Positions 27,148-37,175 of a stretch of 64,000 nucleotides of DNA are shown piece after piece; the first letter of the stretch is position 1, and the number at the start of each line of letters is the position of its first letter. The stretch lies in contig CANRZD010000001.1 in NCBI GenBank assembly GCA_947644325.1, positions 6,810 to 70,809 on the forward strand, given 5' to 3'. Both the position numbers and the translations under genes were made by a program. Source of the DNA: an uncultured Clostridia bacterium. Its GTDB lineage: Bacteria; Bacillota; Clostridia; Oscillospirales; Acutalibacteraceae. The notes below the pieces were generated by a model, which was given only the letters and a program-made list of their open reading frames with translations, searched no databases and had not been told where the DNA came from.

Positions 27148-27735
27148 ATGGGACTCTTTGATAATAAGAAGCGGGCGCTCGTCCTCTTCTGCTCGCCCAA
27201 CGGCCACGGCCACACCCGCAGCCTCCTCAGAAGCTTTTCAGAGGCCTTCAAAGACCAGAAGGACTGGGAGGTCCGGGAGATGAATCTCTACGACATGCAG
27301 CCGAAGCCCTGCACGGCCTGCGGGGAGTGCGCCAAAAAGGAGGGCTGCAAGTTTCCGGATCTGGACGGCTTTGACAAGGCCTTTCGCAAACGCGACCTGG
27401 TGGTGGTGGCGTCGCCAGTGTATAACGCAAGCTTCCCCGCCCCCATGAAGGCCCTTTTGGACCGGACCCAGCGGTATTTTGAAGCCAGGTTCTCCCTAAA
27501 CAAGCGCCCGCCCATCAAGAAGCACCGGCCCGCCGTGCTGCTGCTCACCATGGGCAGCGAAGAGGACTTCGCCGTAGAGGTGGCCACCTACCAGCTCAAG
27601 CGGGCCTTCAGTGTCATGAACACGGATCTGGTGGGCTGCGTGGTGTGGGACAGTACGGACCGGGGCCGGGAAAACCAGGTGGCGGCACAGAAAAAAGCCA
27701 GTGCCCTTGGGGTTGAAATCCTCGCGGGAATATGA
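27148..27735 (+). CDS. Flavodoxin-like NADPH-dependent FMN reductase / iron-sulfur flavoprotein
   Basis: CSPNGHGHT, PCTACGEC....C, VASPVYN, MKALLDR. Confidence 0.8.
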   Translation: MGLFDNKKRALVLFCSPNGHGHTRSLLRSFSEAFKDQKDWEVREMNLYDMQPKPCTACGECAKKEGCKFPDLDGFDKAFRKRDLVVVASPVYNASFPAPMKALLDRTQRYFEARFSLNKRPPIKKHRPAVLLLTMGSEEDFAVEVATYQLKRAFSVMNTDLVGCVVWDSTDRGRENQVAAQKKASALGVEILAGI

Positions 27736-27776
27736 TATCATAACGGAAGGTAAATTCGGAAGGAAGAGGGGACAAT

Positions 27777-28523
27777 ATGTCTGGACATTCGAAATGGAAC
27801 AACATCAAACGGAAAAAGGAAAAGGCCGACGGCGCCAAGGCCAAGGTTTTCACGAAGATCGGCCGTGAGCTCACCGTGGCCGTGAAAGAGGGCGGCAGCG
27901 CCGACCCCGCCGCCAACTCCCGCCTGCGGGACTGCATCGCCAAGGCAAAGGCGGCCAACGTGCCCAACGACAACATTGAGCGCATCATCAAGAAGGCCGC
28001 CGGCGACGGTAACGCCGACAACTACGAGGACGTGACCTACGAGGGCTACGGCCCCTGCGGCGTGGCCGTCATCGTAGAGGCCCTGACCGACAACCGCAAC
28101 CGCACCGCCGCCGACGTGCGCCACGCCTTTGACAAGTACGGCGGCAACCTGGGCACCACCGGCTGCGTGTCCTTTATGTTTAATAAGAAGGGCGTCATCG
28201 TCATCGAGCGGGAGGGCCTGGACGAGGACACGGTCATGGCCGACGCTTTGGAGGCCGGCGCCTCGGATTTTTCCGCCGACGAGGATGTGTTCGAAATTTC
28301 CACCGAGCCCTCCGATTTCAGCGGCGTGCGGGAGGACCTGGAGAAGAAGGGCTACGAGTTCGTCTCCGCCGAGGTGGAGATGGTGCCCGATACTTACACG
28401 GCTATTGAGGACCCGGAGGTGGTCATCAAGATGCAGAAGATGCTGGATTTGCTGGAGGACAACGACGACGTCCAGAACGTCTGGCACAACTGGGACGCGC
28501 CGGAGGATGAGGACGAGGAGTAA
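27777..28523 (+). CDS. yebC: YebC/PmpR family regulator
   Basis: [26 protein letters not shown]. Confidence 0.95.
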   Translation: MSGHSKWNNIKRKKEKADGAKAKVFTKIGRELTVAVKEGGSADPAANSRLRDCIAKAKAANVPNDNIERIIKKAAGDGNADNYEDVTYEGYGPCGVAVIVEALTDNRNRTAADVRHAFDKYGGNLGTTGCVSFMFNKKGVIVIEREGLDEDTVMADALEAGASDFSADEDVFEISTEPSDFSGVREDLEKKGYEFVSAEVEMVPDTYTAIEDPEVVIKMQKMLDLLEDNDDVQNVWHNWDAPEDEDEE

Positions 28524-28531
28524 ACAAAAAC

Positions 28532-28566
28532 AAAAAGGCCGGGGCGCGGGGTGCGCTCCGGTTTTT
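28532..28566 (+). terminator. Intrinsic terminator after yebC
   Basis: ccggggcgc-ggg-gtgcgctccgg stem followed by ttttt. Confidence 0.7.
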
Positions 28567-28700
28567 CTGCGTTTTATAAAGATTTATAAAGATTCACATT
28601 TGAAGTGCGCTTTAAGGATTGCGTAAACTGGACAAATATGGTATACTTAACACCGGCCCCCAAAAGGCCGAGTTTTTTCAGAGAGGGAGCAGAGAGCGCA

Positions 28701-29375
28701 ATGAACCAACGGTTATGGGAGATCCTAGTGGACTCCTTCCCTAAAATACTGGTGCGGGGCTTCACCATGACCCTGCCCCTGACCATCATCGCCTTTTCCC
28801 TGGCCATGGTGCTGGCCGTCTTTATGGCGCTGGCGCAGTTTGCCCATGTGCCGGTGCTAAAGCAGCTTTGCCGGTTCCATATCTGGATCTTCCGGGGCAC
28901 GCCCCTGCTTTTGCAGCTGTACCTGGTGTTCTACGGCCTGCCGAACCTGGGTATCATCATCGACCCCTTCCCGGCGGCGGTGCTGGTGTTCTCCTTAAAC
29001 GAGGGGGCCTACTGCGCCGAGATCGTCCGGGCGGCCCTGGAGGCTGTGCCCGCGGGCCAGCTGGAGGCCGGGTACTGCGTGGGCATGAGCTACCTTCAGA
29101 CCATGCGGCGCATCGTGCTGCCCCAGGCCATGCGCACGGCCTTCCCGTCCTTGGCAAACTCCCTGATCGCCATGATGAAGGACACGTCTTTGGCCTCCAC
29201 CATCACCGTGACGGAGATCCTCATGGCCAGCCAGCGCATCATCGCCCGGGTATACGAGCCCATGGCCCTTTACATGGAGGCGGGGCTTATCTACCTCATG
29301 TTCTCCACGGTGCTGACGAAGCTGCAGAAGATGGGCGAGCGCAGGCTCAGCGCCTACACGTCCAAGGAGGGCTGA
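28701..29375 (+). CDS. Polar amino acid ABC permease
   Basis: FRGTPLLLQL, AYCAEIVRAAL, GQLEAG EAA loop, MKDTSLAS. Confidence 0.92.
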   Translation: MNQRLWEILVDSFPKILVRGFTMTLPLTIIAFSLAMVLAVFMALAQFAHVPVLKQLCRFHIWIFRGTPLLLQLYLVFYGLPNLGIIIDPFPAAVLVFSLNEGAYCAEIVRAALEAVPAGQLEAGYCVGMSYLQTMRRIVLPQAMRTAFPSLANSLIAMMKDTSLASTITVTEILMASQRIIARVYEPMALYMEAGLIYLMFSTVLTKLQKMGERRLSAYTSKEG

Positions 29376-29378
29376 GCT

Positions 29379-30116
29379 ATGGTAGAGATAAAAGGCATCA
29401 AGAAGTCCTTCGGGGGCACGGAGGTCTTAAAGGGCGTAGACATCAAGGTAGACCAGGGGGACGTGGTGGCTATCTTAGGCCCCAGCGGCTCCGGTAAGAC
29501 TACCCTGCTGCGGTGCGTGAATTTCCTGGAGAAGGCCCAGGCCGGGGAGCTTCTTTTCGACGGGCGGGCCTACGACCTGCAGAAGATAACCAAAAAGGAA
29601 ATAGCCGCCATCCGGCGCAAGACGGCCTTCGTGTTCCAGAACTACAACCTGTTCTTAAATAAGACCGCCCTGCAGAACGTCACCGAGGGCCTTGTCGTCG
29701 CCCGGAAGATGCCCAAGGCCCAGGCCGAGGACATCGGCCGGAGGGCCCTGGAAAAGGTGGGCCTCTCGGACCGGCGGGACTACTACCCCAGCCAGCTTTC
29801 CGGCGGGCAGCAGCAGCGGGTGGCTATCGCAAGGGCCCTGGCCGTGGACCCGGAGATCATCTACTTCGACGAGCCCACCTCGGCCCTGGACCCGGAGCTC
29901 ACGGGGGAAGTGCTCTCCGTTATGCGGCAGCTGGCGGAGGAGGGCATGACCATGCTGGTGGTCACCCACGAAATGGGCTTTGCCAGAAACGTCTCCAGTA
30001 AAGTTGTCTTTATGGAGGACGGCCGGGTGGTGGAGGAAGCGCCCTCCAGGGAGTTTTTCGAGAGCCCGCGCTCAGAGCGGACAAAGGAGTTTTTGCGTCT
30101 CATACAGAACGCATAA
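29379..30116 (+). CDS. Polar amino acid ABC ATPase
   Basis: GPSGSGKT, LSGGQQQR, FDEPTSALDPE. Confidence 0.95.
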   Translation: MVEIKGIKKSFGGTEVLKGVDIKVDQGDVVAILGPSGSGKTTLLRCVNFLEKAQAGELLFDGRAYDLQKITKKEIAAIRRKTAFVFQNYNLFLNKTALQNVTEGLVVARKMPKAQAEDIGRRALEKVGLSDRRDYYPSQLSGGQQQRVAIARALAVDPEIIYFDEPTSALDPELTGEVLSVMRQLAEEGMTMLVVTHEMGFARNVSSKVVFMEDGRVVEEAPSREFFESPRSERTKEFLRLIQNA

Positions 30117-30145
30117 CAATATAATAATAAAAATCGAAGGGAGAA

Positions 30146-30985
30146 ATGAACATGAACGCGAAAAAATGGACAGCTCTGCTGATGGCCGCCCTGCTGGCGC
30201 TGGCCCTCGCGGCCTGCGGCGGGGAGGCCCCGTCCTCCAGCGCGGCGGCCCCCGCGGAGGGGCAGACCGGCGACCTGCTGGCAAAGATCCAGGAAAAGGG
30301 CGAGATCACCGTGGCCATGGAGGGCACCTGGGCCCCCTGGACCTTCCACAACGAGGACGACGAGCTGGTGGGCTACGACGTGGAGGTGGCGCAGAACATC
30401 GCCGAAAAGCTGGGGGTGAAGGTGAACTTTGTGGAAGGCGAATGGGACGGCCTGCTGGGGGGCATCGACTCCGGCCGCTATGACCTGATGGTAAACGGCG
30501 TCAGCGTAGACGAGGACCGAAAGGAAAAATACGATTTCAGCATTCCCTACGCGGCCAACCGCACGGCGGTCATCGTGCGGTCGGAGGACGACTCCATCCA
30601 GGCCATGGACGATTTGAAGGGCAAGACCACGGCCAACACCATCACGAGCACCTACGCCAAGCTGGCTGAAGCCCATGGGGCGGAGGTCACGGCGGTGGAC
30701 GACCTGAACCAGACCTTCGAGCTGCTGCTGGCCGGGCGCATCGACGCCACCTTAAACGACGAGGTGGCCTACTACGACTACATGAAGAGCCACCCGGACG
30801 CCCCGATCAAGATCGCGGTGCTCAGCGACGACGTGGTCCAGGTGGCCATCCCCATGCGCAAGGGGGAGGAGACCAAGACCCTGCGGGAGGCCGTGGATAA
30901 GGCCTTAAAAGAGCTCAGCGAGGACGGCACCCTCAGCGCCCTTTCGGAAAAATATTTCGGGGTGGACATCTCTCAAGTGGAGTAA
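30146..30985 (+). CDS. Polar amino acid (cystine-like) ABC substrate-binding lipoprotein
   Basis: Lipobox LAAC; EGTWAPW, GYDVEVA, WDGLLGG, FSIPY. Confidence 0.9.
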   Translation: MNMNAKKWTALLMAALLALALAACGGEAPSSSAAAPAEGQTGDLLAKIQEKGEITVAMEGTWAPWTFHNEDDELVGYDVEVAQNIAEKLGVKVNFVEGEWDGLLGGIDSGRYDLMVNGVSVDEDRKEKYDFSIPYAANRTAVIVRSEDDSIQAMDDLKGKTTANTITSTYAKLAEAHGAEVTAVDDLNQTFELLLAGRIDATLNDEVAYYDYMKSHPDAPIKIAVLSDDVVQVAIPMRKGEETKTLREAVDKALKELSEDGTLSALSEKYFGVDISQVE

Positions 30986-31136
30986 TTTCAAGGGTTTTGG
31001 GCATTTTTGTAAGAGTGTGAGAAAATAAGGCCAAAATTTTTCCGAAGTTTTTTGGGCCAGGCTCTTGTATTCTTGTGAAAAATGCATTAAAATAGGGGTA
31101 TACAAAACCCTATTCCAATATCAGGAGGTTTTACCA

Positions 31137-32150
31137 ATGTCTGTTAAAGTTGCAATCAATGGTTTTGGCCGCATCGGCCGCCTGGCTTTCCGCCAGATGT
31201 TCGGCGCTGAGGGCTACGAGATCGTGGCTATCAACGACCTGACCAGCCCCAAGATGCTGGCCCATCTGCTGAAGTACGACTCCGCCCAGGGCCGCTACGC
31301 CCTGTGCGACAAGGTCGAGGCCGGCGAGGATTCCATCACCGTGGACGGCAAGACCATCAAGATCTATGCTGAGAAGGACGCAAAGGACCTGCCCTGGGGC
31401 GAGATCGGCGTAGACGTAGTGCTGGAGTGCACCGGCTTCTACACCTCCCTGGCAAAATCCCAGGCCCACATCGACGCCGGCGCCAAGAAGGTCGTTATCT
31501 CCGCTCCCGCCGGCAATGATCTGAAGACCATTGTCTACAGCGTCAACGAGAAGAACCTGACCGCGGACGACAAGATCATCAGCGCCGCCTCCTGCACCAC
31601 CAACTGCCTGGCCCCCATGGCCAACACCCTGAATAAGTACGCCGAGATTCAGAGCGGCATCATGACCACCGTGCACGCCTTCACCGGCGACCAGATGGTT
31701 CTCGACGGCCCCCACCGCAAGGGCGACCTGCGCCGTGCCCGCGCCGCCGCTGTGAACATCGTTCCCAATTCCACCGGCGCCGCCAAGGCCATCGGCCTGG
31801 TTATCCCCGAGCTGAACGGCAAGCTGATCGGCTCCGCCCAGCGCGTGCCCGTACCCACCGGCTCCACCACCATCCTGGTGGCCGTTGTCAAGGGCGAGAA
31901 CGTGACTGTTGACGGCATCAACGCCGCCATGAAGGCCGCTTCTTCCGATTCCTTCGGCTACACCGAGGAGCCCCTGGTGTCCAGTGACATCATCGGCATC
32001 ACCTACGGCTCTCTGTTCGACGCCACCCAGACCATGGTCACCGAGATCGGCGACGGCCTCTATCAGGTCCAGGTCGTGTCCTGGTACGACAACGAGAACA
32101 GCTACACCAGCCAGATGGTCCGCACCATCAAGTACTTCGCTTCCATCTAA
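31137..32150 (+). CDS. gap: Glyceraldehyde-3-phosphate dehydrogenase
   Basis: [23 protein letters not shown]; promoter TTGTAT-N17-TAAAAT at 31065-31093. Confidence 0.98.
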   Translation: MSVKVAINGFGRIGRLAFRQMFGAEGYEIVAINDLTSPKMLAHLLKYDSAQGRYALCDKVEAGEDSITVDGKTIKIYAEKDAKDLPWGEIGVDVVLECTGFYTSLAKSQAHIDAGAKKVVISAPAGNDLKTIVYSVNEKNLTADDKIISAASCTTNCLAPMANTLNKYAEIQSGIMTTVHAFTGDQMVLDGPHRKGDLRRARAAAVNIVPNSTGAAKAIGLVIPELNGKLIGSAQRVPVPTGSTTILVAVVKGENVTVDGINAAMKAASSDSFGYTEEPLVSSDIIGITYGSLFDATQTMVTEIGDGLYQVQVVSWYDNENSYTSQMVRTIKYFASI

Positions 32151-32174
32151 AGCTCGTGTAAAAACGCCATAAGG

Positions 32175-32209
32175 AAAGCCCCACGGACAAGCGCTGTGGG
32201 GCTTTTTTT
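32175..32209 (+). terminator. Intrinsic terminator after gap
   Basis: aaagccccacgg/ctgtggggcttt followed by a T-run. Confidence 0.85.
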
Positions 32210-32233
32210 GTGCCTTTTATGAAAGGAGGAACT

Positions 32234-32884
32234 ATGATCGAGATAAAAGCCTGGGCGGCACAGCTGGCCAAAAAGCTGCAGGAGGCCTTCGGGCCCCGGC
32301 TGCTGTTTTTAGGCTACCAGGGCAGCTACGGCCGGGGGGAGGCCACGCCCCAAAGCGACATCGACATTGTAACCATACTGGATAAGGTGGGCCTGCCGGA
32401 CCTGGAAACGTACCGCAGGCTCGTGCGCGCGCAGCCCCAGGGGGAACTGGCCTGCGGCTTCCTCTGCGGGCAGAGGGAGCTTTCGGGCTGGCCCCGCTAC
32501 GACTTATACGGCCTGCTGCTGGACACCAAGCCCGTCCTGGGGGACCTGCACACTTTGGCCCCAAAGCTTACTGAGGCGGACGCCCGGGAGGCGCTGCGCA
32601 TCGGCGCGGCGAACCTGTACCACGGGGCGGTGCACACCTACCTGTACAGCGGGGCCCTGGAGGAAGCCCTGCCGGGGCTTATGAAGGCGGCGTTCTTCTG
32701 CCTGCGCCTGTGGGCCCTGCTGGAAACGGGGGCCTACCATGCCTCCAAAAAGGAACTGCGGGGTGTGCTCCCCAGTCGCGAAAAGGCGCTGCTGGACCTG
32801 GAAAACCTGCCGGTGGGGGAGGCCTATGAACGTCTTATCCGTTGGTGCGGGGAGATTCTGGCCCCGCCCACAGATGCCGCCTGA
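32234..32884 (+). CDS. Pol-beta superfamily nucleotidyltransferase with C-terminal helical domain
   Basis: QGSYGRGEA...SDIDI (GS..DxD) motif. Confidence 0.8.
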   Translation: MIEIKAWAAQLAKKLQEAFGPRLLFLGYQGSYGRGEATPQSDIDIVTILDKVGLPDLETYRRLVRAQPQGELACGFLCGQRELSGWPRYDLYGLLLDTKPVLGDLHTLAPKLTEADAREALRIGAANLYHGAVHTYLYSGALEEALPGLMKAAFFCLRLWALLETGAYHASKKELRGVLPSREKALLDLENLPVGEAYERLIRWCGEILAPPTDAA

Positions 32885-33161
32885 GGTCCACCCGGCCGTC
32901 GGGCAGGAAGGTGACGCCCTCGGCCTCCAGCAGCTGGCGCTGTATCTCCTTGCCGCCGAAGGCCTGGTCGCAGCAGAGGGTGCCGTCCTTATAGAGCACC
33001 CGGTGGCAGGGGAGCCCCCCGGGGGCCCGGTACATGGCGGCCCCCACGATGCGGGAGGCCCGGGGGCTTCCGGCCAGCAGGGCCAGGTGGCCGTAGGTGC
33101 ACACCATGCCTTTGGGGATCTGCCGCACCAGGTCGTAAACGCGTTTGTTGAAATCAGACAT
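32835..33161 (-). CDS. Single-domain O6-alkylguanine DNA alkyltransferase (MGMT family)
   Basis: VYDLVRQIPKGMVCTYG, RASRIVGAAM, LPCHRV (active Cys kept), QRQLLEAEGV. Confidence 0.88.
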   Translation of the reverse strand: MSDFNKRVYDLVRQIPKGMVCTYGHLALLAGSPRASRIVGAAMYRAPGGLPCHRVLYKDGTLCCDQAFGGKEIQRQLLEAEGVTFLPDGRVDLRRHLWAGPESPRTNG

Positions 33162-33169
33162 AAGGCACC

Positions 33170-33766
33170 TCACATATACCAGAAAAGCCCGCTGTTTGTG
33201 GACTGCAGGGTAGCCCCCCGGGGCACCTGGCGGCGCACACAGCAGACGTTCATGTAGTCGGGCATGGGGGAGAGAAGGCCCATCACCGCCATGGCCCAGC
33301 AGACCCCCATGGTCTTCCCCCACCCGGCCGGGGCCAGCAGGAAGAGGAGGAGGGGCAGTATCCCCAATATAGCCGGCAGAAGGCTCATGACCATGAACCG
33401 CCCCCAAGAAATGGGCACGTGGCACACGGCGAAGGCCGCCATTTTCTGGGGGATGAGCCCCACGTACACCGTGGCGCCCTTTGGGAAGCACAGGGCGTGC
33501 AGGTACTCGTGGACGGGGATGAGCAGGAACCCTAACAGAATACCCACAAAGAGCATTTCTACCTCTAAGGGGAAGCCCCCCACAAGCCAGGCCTTTAGGA
33601 AAAGGGCCCCGAAGCACAGCCCTAAGGGCCCCAGCCCATAGGGCAGCGCGGCGGCGGAGAGAGGGTCCGGGCAGCGCAGGGCCTTGGCCCCATAGGGCAG
33701 CATCTGCTCCGGGAAGGCCGCGTCCGGGTCCTTCAGGCCCACCCATTTGATTTCCGGCATGTACAT
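33170..33766 (-). CDS. DUF3267-like membrane zinc metallopeptidase
   Basis: VHEYLH in a TM context, SLLP, SPMPDY. Confidence 0.7.
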   Translation of the reverse strand: MYMPEIKWVGLKDPDAAFPEQMLPYGAKALRCPDPLSAAALPYGLGPLGLCFGALFLKAWLVGGFPLEVEMLFVGILLGFLLIPVHEYLHALCFPKGATVYVGLIPQKMAAFAVCHVPISWGRFMVMSLLPAILGILPLLLFLLAPAGWGKTMGVCWAMAVMGLLSPMPDYMNVCCVRRQVPRGATLQSTNSGLFWYM

Positions 33767-33826
33767 CCCCCGTTTCTTGTGGTATAATATATAGAAAGAA
33801 AAGTTTAAGGAAGGAAGCTGTGCGAT

Positions 33827-34297
33827 ATGAGAAGAAAAGACCGCGAAATAACCGACCAGAAGGAGATCCTCTCCATCCTGCAGCGGCACCGGGTGTGCCG
33901 GCTTGGTATGTGCGACGGCCCCCGGCCCTATGTGGTGCCCCTGAGCTATGGGGTGGAGGAAAAGGACGGCGACATCATCCTGTACCTGCACGGGGCCAAG
34001 GAAGGGCGCAAGATCGCCATCATGAAGCGCAACCCGGCGGTGTGCGTGGAGGTAGACGGCGAATACAGCCCCCTGGAGGCCGGGAACAACCCCTGCGCCT
34101 ACAGCTGCAATTATGTAAGCGTCATCGGCGAGGGGAAGGCGGAGATACTGGAGGAGTACGAGGAGAAAGCCCACGGCCTTTCGGTGCTCATGGAGAGCCA
34201 GACCGGCCGGGAGTTCCCCTTCACCCCCGTCCAAACGGAGTCGGTGGCGGTGGTGCGGGTGCGCCTGCAGCTGGTCACCGCCAAGCGCAAGAGATAG
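33827..34297 (+). CDS. Pyridoxamine-5'-phosphate oxidase-like / Nim family flavoprotein
   Basis: MRRKDREI, PYVVPLSYG, YLHGAKEGRK, YVSVIGEG. Confidence 0.85.
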   Translation: MRRKDREITDQKEILSILQRHRVCRLGMCDGPRPYVVPLSYGVEEKDGDIILYLHGAKEGRKIAIMKRNPAVCVEVDGEYSPLEAGNNPCAYSCNYVSVIGEGKAEILEEYEEKAHGLSVLMESQTGREFPFTPVQTESVAVVRVRLQLVTAKRKR

Positions 34298-34449
34298 CCT
34301 GCCCCCATTATACCACAAAGGTCCGTCCGGCGCAATCGCCCCAAAGGGAAAATCACCATGGGTTTCTCCACTTCCTCCCCGCCATTTGTGAGAAAGTGTG
34401 CAAAAAGGTTAAAAAAGGTTACAAATTAGAAGCAAAAGCGCTCCTCCCC

Positions 34450-34478
34450 TTGCAAATTGCGGGGCGGTCTGTTATAAT
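34450..34478 (+). promoter_or_regulatory. Sigma-A promoter of the sugar ABC operon
   Basis: TTGCAA-N17-TATAAT with extended TG. Confidence 0.7.
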
Positions 34479-34555
34479 ACCCTACGACAGCGGCAGGCCT
34501 TAAAAGGTCTGCCAGAATGGTATCATTGTTTCATATTTTTAGGAGGAAAACCATC

Positions 34556-35575
34556 ATGAAAAAAGTATTGGCACTGGTATTGGCCCTGGTCATGCTGTGC
34601 TCCTGCCTGGCTGCCTGCGGCAACAGCGGCAGCTCCAGCAGCACCCCGGCCAGCACCGCTTCCAAAGCTGACGACGCTTCCAAGGCCGACGAGCCTCAGA
34701 GCACCGCTTCCGGCGAGAAGATGAAGATCGGCATCCTGGCCCCTTCCGTTACCCACGGCTGGGTGGCCGGCGTGGCCTACTACGCCGAGGCCCGCTGCAA
34801 GGAGCTCAGCGACACCGTGGAGTACCGCCTGCTCACCAGCAACAACGCCGAGGAAATGACCAACCAGATCGACGAGCTGAAGACCTGGGGCGCCCAGGCT
34901 GTGGTTGCTTTCCCCCAGTGGGAGGGCATGGAGGACCCCATCAAGGGCCTTATTGACGACGGCATCCCGGTTGTGAACTTCGACATCGTCATCGACGTGG
35001 ACGGCGTGTACCACGTGGCTGGCGACAACGAGGACATGGGCACCCAGAGCGCCCAGTATATCGTAGACAAGATCGGCGAGACCGGCACCGTGGCCATCCT
35101 GGAGGTCCCCTCCTCCGGCTCCGTGTCCGAGCTGCGCAAGAAGGGCTTTGAGGAGAAGATCAAGGAGATCGCCCCCGACATGAACCTTATCTACTACGAG
35201 ACCGCCTTTACCCGTGAGGCTGGCCTGAAGGACTTCGCCGACGTGCTGTCCGCCAACGCCCAGATCGACGCCGTGTTCTCCATGGACGACGAGACCTCCA
35301 TCGGCGTGCTGCAGGCCATCTCTGAGGCCAAGCGCACCGACGTGAAGGTGGTCACCGGCGGCGGCGGGTGCCAGGAGTACTTCAACATGATGCCCGAGAA
35401 CGAGGACATCTGGATCCAGTCCGCCCTCTACAGCCCCGACATGGTCATGAAGGCTGTGGACATGGCTGTCTCCCTCTTGAAGGGCGAGAGCGTGGAGAAA
35501 GAGCTCATCATCCCCACCACCGTGGTGGACCGCGAGAACTGCTCTGAGCATCTGGACGAGAACTCCCCCTACTGA
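34556..35575 (+). CDS. Sugar ABC substrate-binding lipoprotein (RbsB/CUT2 family)
   Basis: Lipobox LAAC, S/A-rich linker, PVVNFD, VAGDN, LRKKGF, MDDE. Confidence 0.9.
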   Translation: MKKVLALVLALVMLCSCLAACGNSGSSSSTPASTASKADDASKADEPQSTASGEKMKIGILAPSVTHGWVAGVAYYAEARCKELSDTVEYRLLTSNNAEEMTNQIDELKTWGAQAVVAFPQWEGMEDPIKGLIDDGIPVVNFDIVIDVDGVYHVAGDNEDMGTQSAQYIVDKIGETGTVAILEVPSSGSVSELRKKGFEEKIKEIAPDMNLIYYETAFTREAGLKDFADVLSANAQIDAVFSMDDETSIGVLQAISEAKRTDVKVVTGGGGCQEYFNMMPENEDIWIQSALYSPDMVMKAVDMAVSLLKGESVEKELIIPTTVVDRENCSEHLDENSPY

Positions 35576-35669
35576 TTCTTTGGGGACGCATTGAGAGAAA
35601 TATTTGGGTCACGAAAGGCTATGGCGCATCGTCATAGCCTTTTTCCAAAATGAAGCGGAGGATAGGACC

Positions 35670-37175
35670 ATGACGCTTAAAATGCGCAATATTTATAAAT
35701 CCTTCGGGGCCAACGACGTTCTGAAAGATATCGACTTTTCCGTAGAGGGCGGCGAGATATGCGCCCTTTTGGGGGAAAACGGCGCGGGCAAGTCCACCCT
35801 GATGAACATCCTGGGCGGCGTGCTGCCGGCGGATTCCGGGACTATGGAGCTTGACGGGAAAGAGGTGCAGTTTTCCACTCCCGCCAAGTCCCTGGACGCG
35901 GGCATCGCCTTTATCCACCAGGAGCTGAACCTGGTAAACGACCTGGCCGTGTACGAAAACATGTTCATCGGCCGGGAGCTGAAGCGTAAGGGCGGCTTCC
36001 TGGACGCCCCCGCCATGATAGAAAAATGCCGGGAGGTTTTCAAGCGCATGGACGTGGACATCGACCCCACGGCCATGGTGCGGGACCTGGACGCCTCTTA
36101 TAAGCAGATTGTGGAGATTGCCCGGGCCCTTCTGATGAACGCCTCCATCATCATCATGGACGAGCCTACTACGAGCCTCACAGACCCGGAGATTGAGCGG
36201 GTCTTCGACATGATGCGCACCCTGGAGGGCCAGGGGGTGGCCATGGTGTTCATTTCCCACAAGCTCAAGGAGGTGCTGGCGGTGTGCACCCGCTACACCG
36301 TCCTGCGGGACGGGGCCATGGTGGCCTCGGGCCCGGTAGAGGGCGTCACCGTGGACGAGCTGGCCACCCACATGGTGGGTCATCAGGTGCGCACCGAGTC
36401 CCTGCGGCAGGAGCGTGAGCTTGGGGAGGAGGTCCTGCGGGCGGAACGCCTGTCGGGGGACAAGTTCCACGACGTGAGCTTTTCCATACGGGCCGGGGAA
36501 GTGCTGGGCTTCACGGGCCTTCTGGGCGACGGGCGCAGCGAGCTTTTCCAGGCGGTGTTCGGCAGCGGCGGCCGCTATCACGGGCAGCTCTACTTAGAGG
36601 GCCAGCCCGTGCAGGTGAAAAGCACCACCCAGGCCCTCTCCCTGGGGCTGGGCTATGTGCCCCGTGACCGCAAGGAAAACGGCATTATAAAGGATATGGA
36701 TATCCTGGAAAACGGCTCCATCGTCACCTGGCCCCAGCAGGCCCGCCTGGGGGTCATCGACTGGGGCAGGGTGCGGGAGGACTTCCAAAAGCAGCGGGAG
36801 GGCCTCAAGATCAAGATGGACAGCGAAAAGGACGGCATCGGCAGCCTCTCCGGCGGCAACCAGCAGAAGGTGGTGCTGGCCAAGTGGCTGAACGCCGACC
36901 CCAAGGCGCTCATCTTTGACAACCCCACCCAGGGCGTGGACGTGGGCGCCAAGGAGGACATTTACGACACCATACTGGCTCTCGCCAAAGAGGGCGTGGC
37001 CGTAGTGGTCCTCTCCAGCGAGGCCCAGGAGATCATACGCCTGTGCGACCGGGCGGTGGTGCTGTACCACGGCCGGGTGCAGGGGGAGCTTATGGGAGAG
37101 GAAATGACCGACCAGGAGATCATGCGCCTGGCAACGGGCGGAGAGATGAGAGAAAGGGTGGAGAGCATTGGATAA
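35670..37175 (+). CDS. Sugar ABC ATPase (tandem, RbsA/MglA-like)
   Basis: GENGAGKST, IHQELNL, MDEPT, LSGGNQQKV, DVGAK. Confidence 0.95.
   Translation: MTLKMRNIYKSFGANDVLKDIDFSVEGGEICALLGENGAGKSTLMNILGGVLPADSGTMELDGKEVQFSTPAKSLDAGIAFIHQELNLVNDLAVYENMFIGRELKRKGGFLDAPAMIEKCREVFKRMDVDIDPTAMVRDLDASYKQIVEIARALLMNASIIIMDEPTTSLTDPEIERVFDMMRTLEGQGVAMVFISHKLKEVLAVCTRYTVLRDGAMVASGPVEGVTVDELATHMVGHQVRTESLRQERELGEEVLRAERLSGDKFHDVSFSIRAGEVLGFTGLLGDGRSELFQAVFGSGGRYHGQLYLEGQPVQVKSTTQALSLGLGYVPRDRKENGIIKDMDILENGSIVTWPQQARLGVIDWGRVREDFQKQREGLKIKMDSEKDGIGSLSGGNQQKVVLAKWLNADPKALIFDNPTQGVDVGAKEDIYDTILALAKEGVAVVVLSSEAQEIIRLCDRAVVLYHGRVQGELMGEEMTDQEIMRLATGGEMRERVESIG

Noticed and set aside
32835-33161. Possible alkyltransferase-like (ATL) protein
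   Set aside because: The motif is PCHRV with Cys, not the PWHRV of ATLs, so it is called an MGMT-family protein.
34620-34710. Repeated gcttccaa/cagcacc motifs in the sugar-binding protein gene
   Set aside because: They encode the ordinary Ser/Ala/Asp-rich lipoprotein linker; not a CRISPR or contingency repeat.
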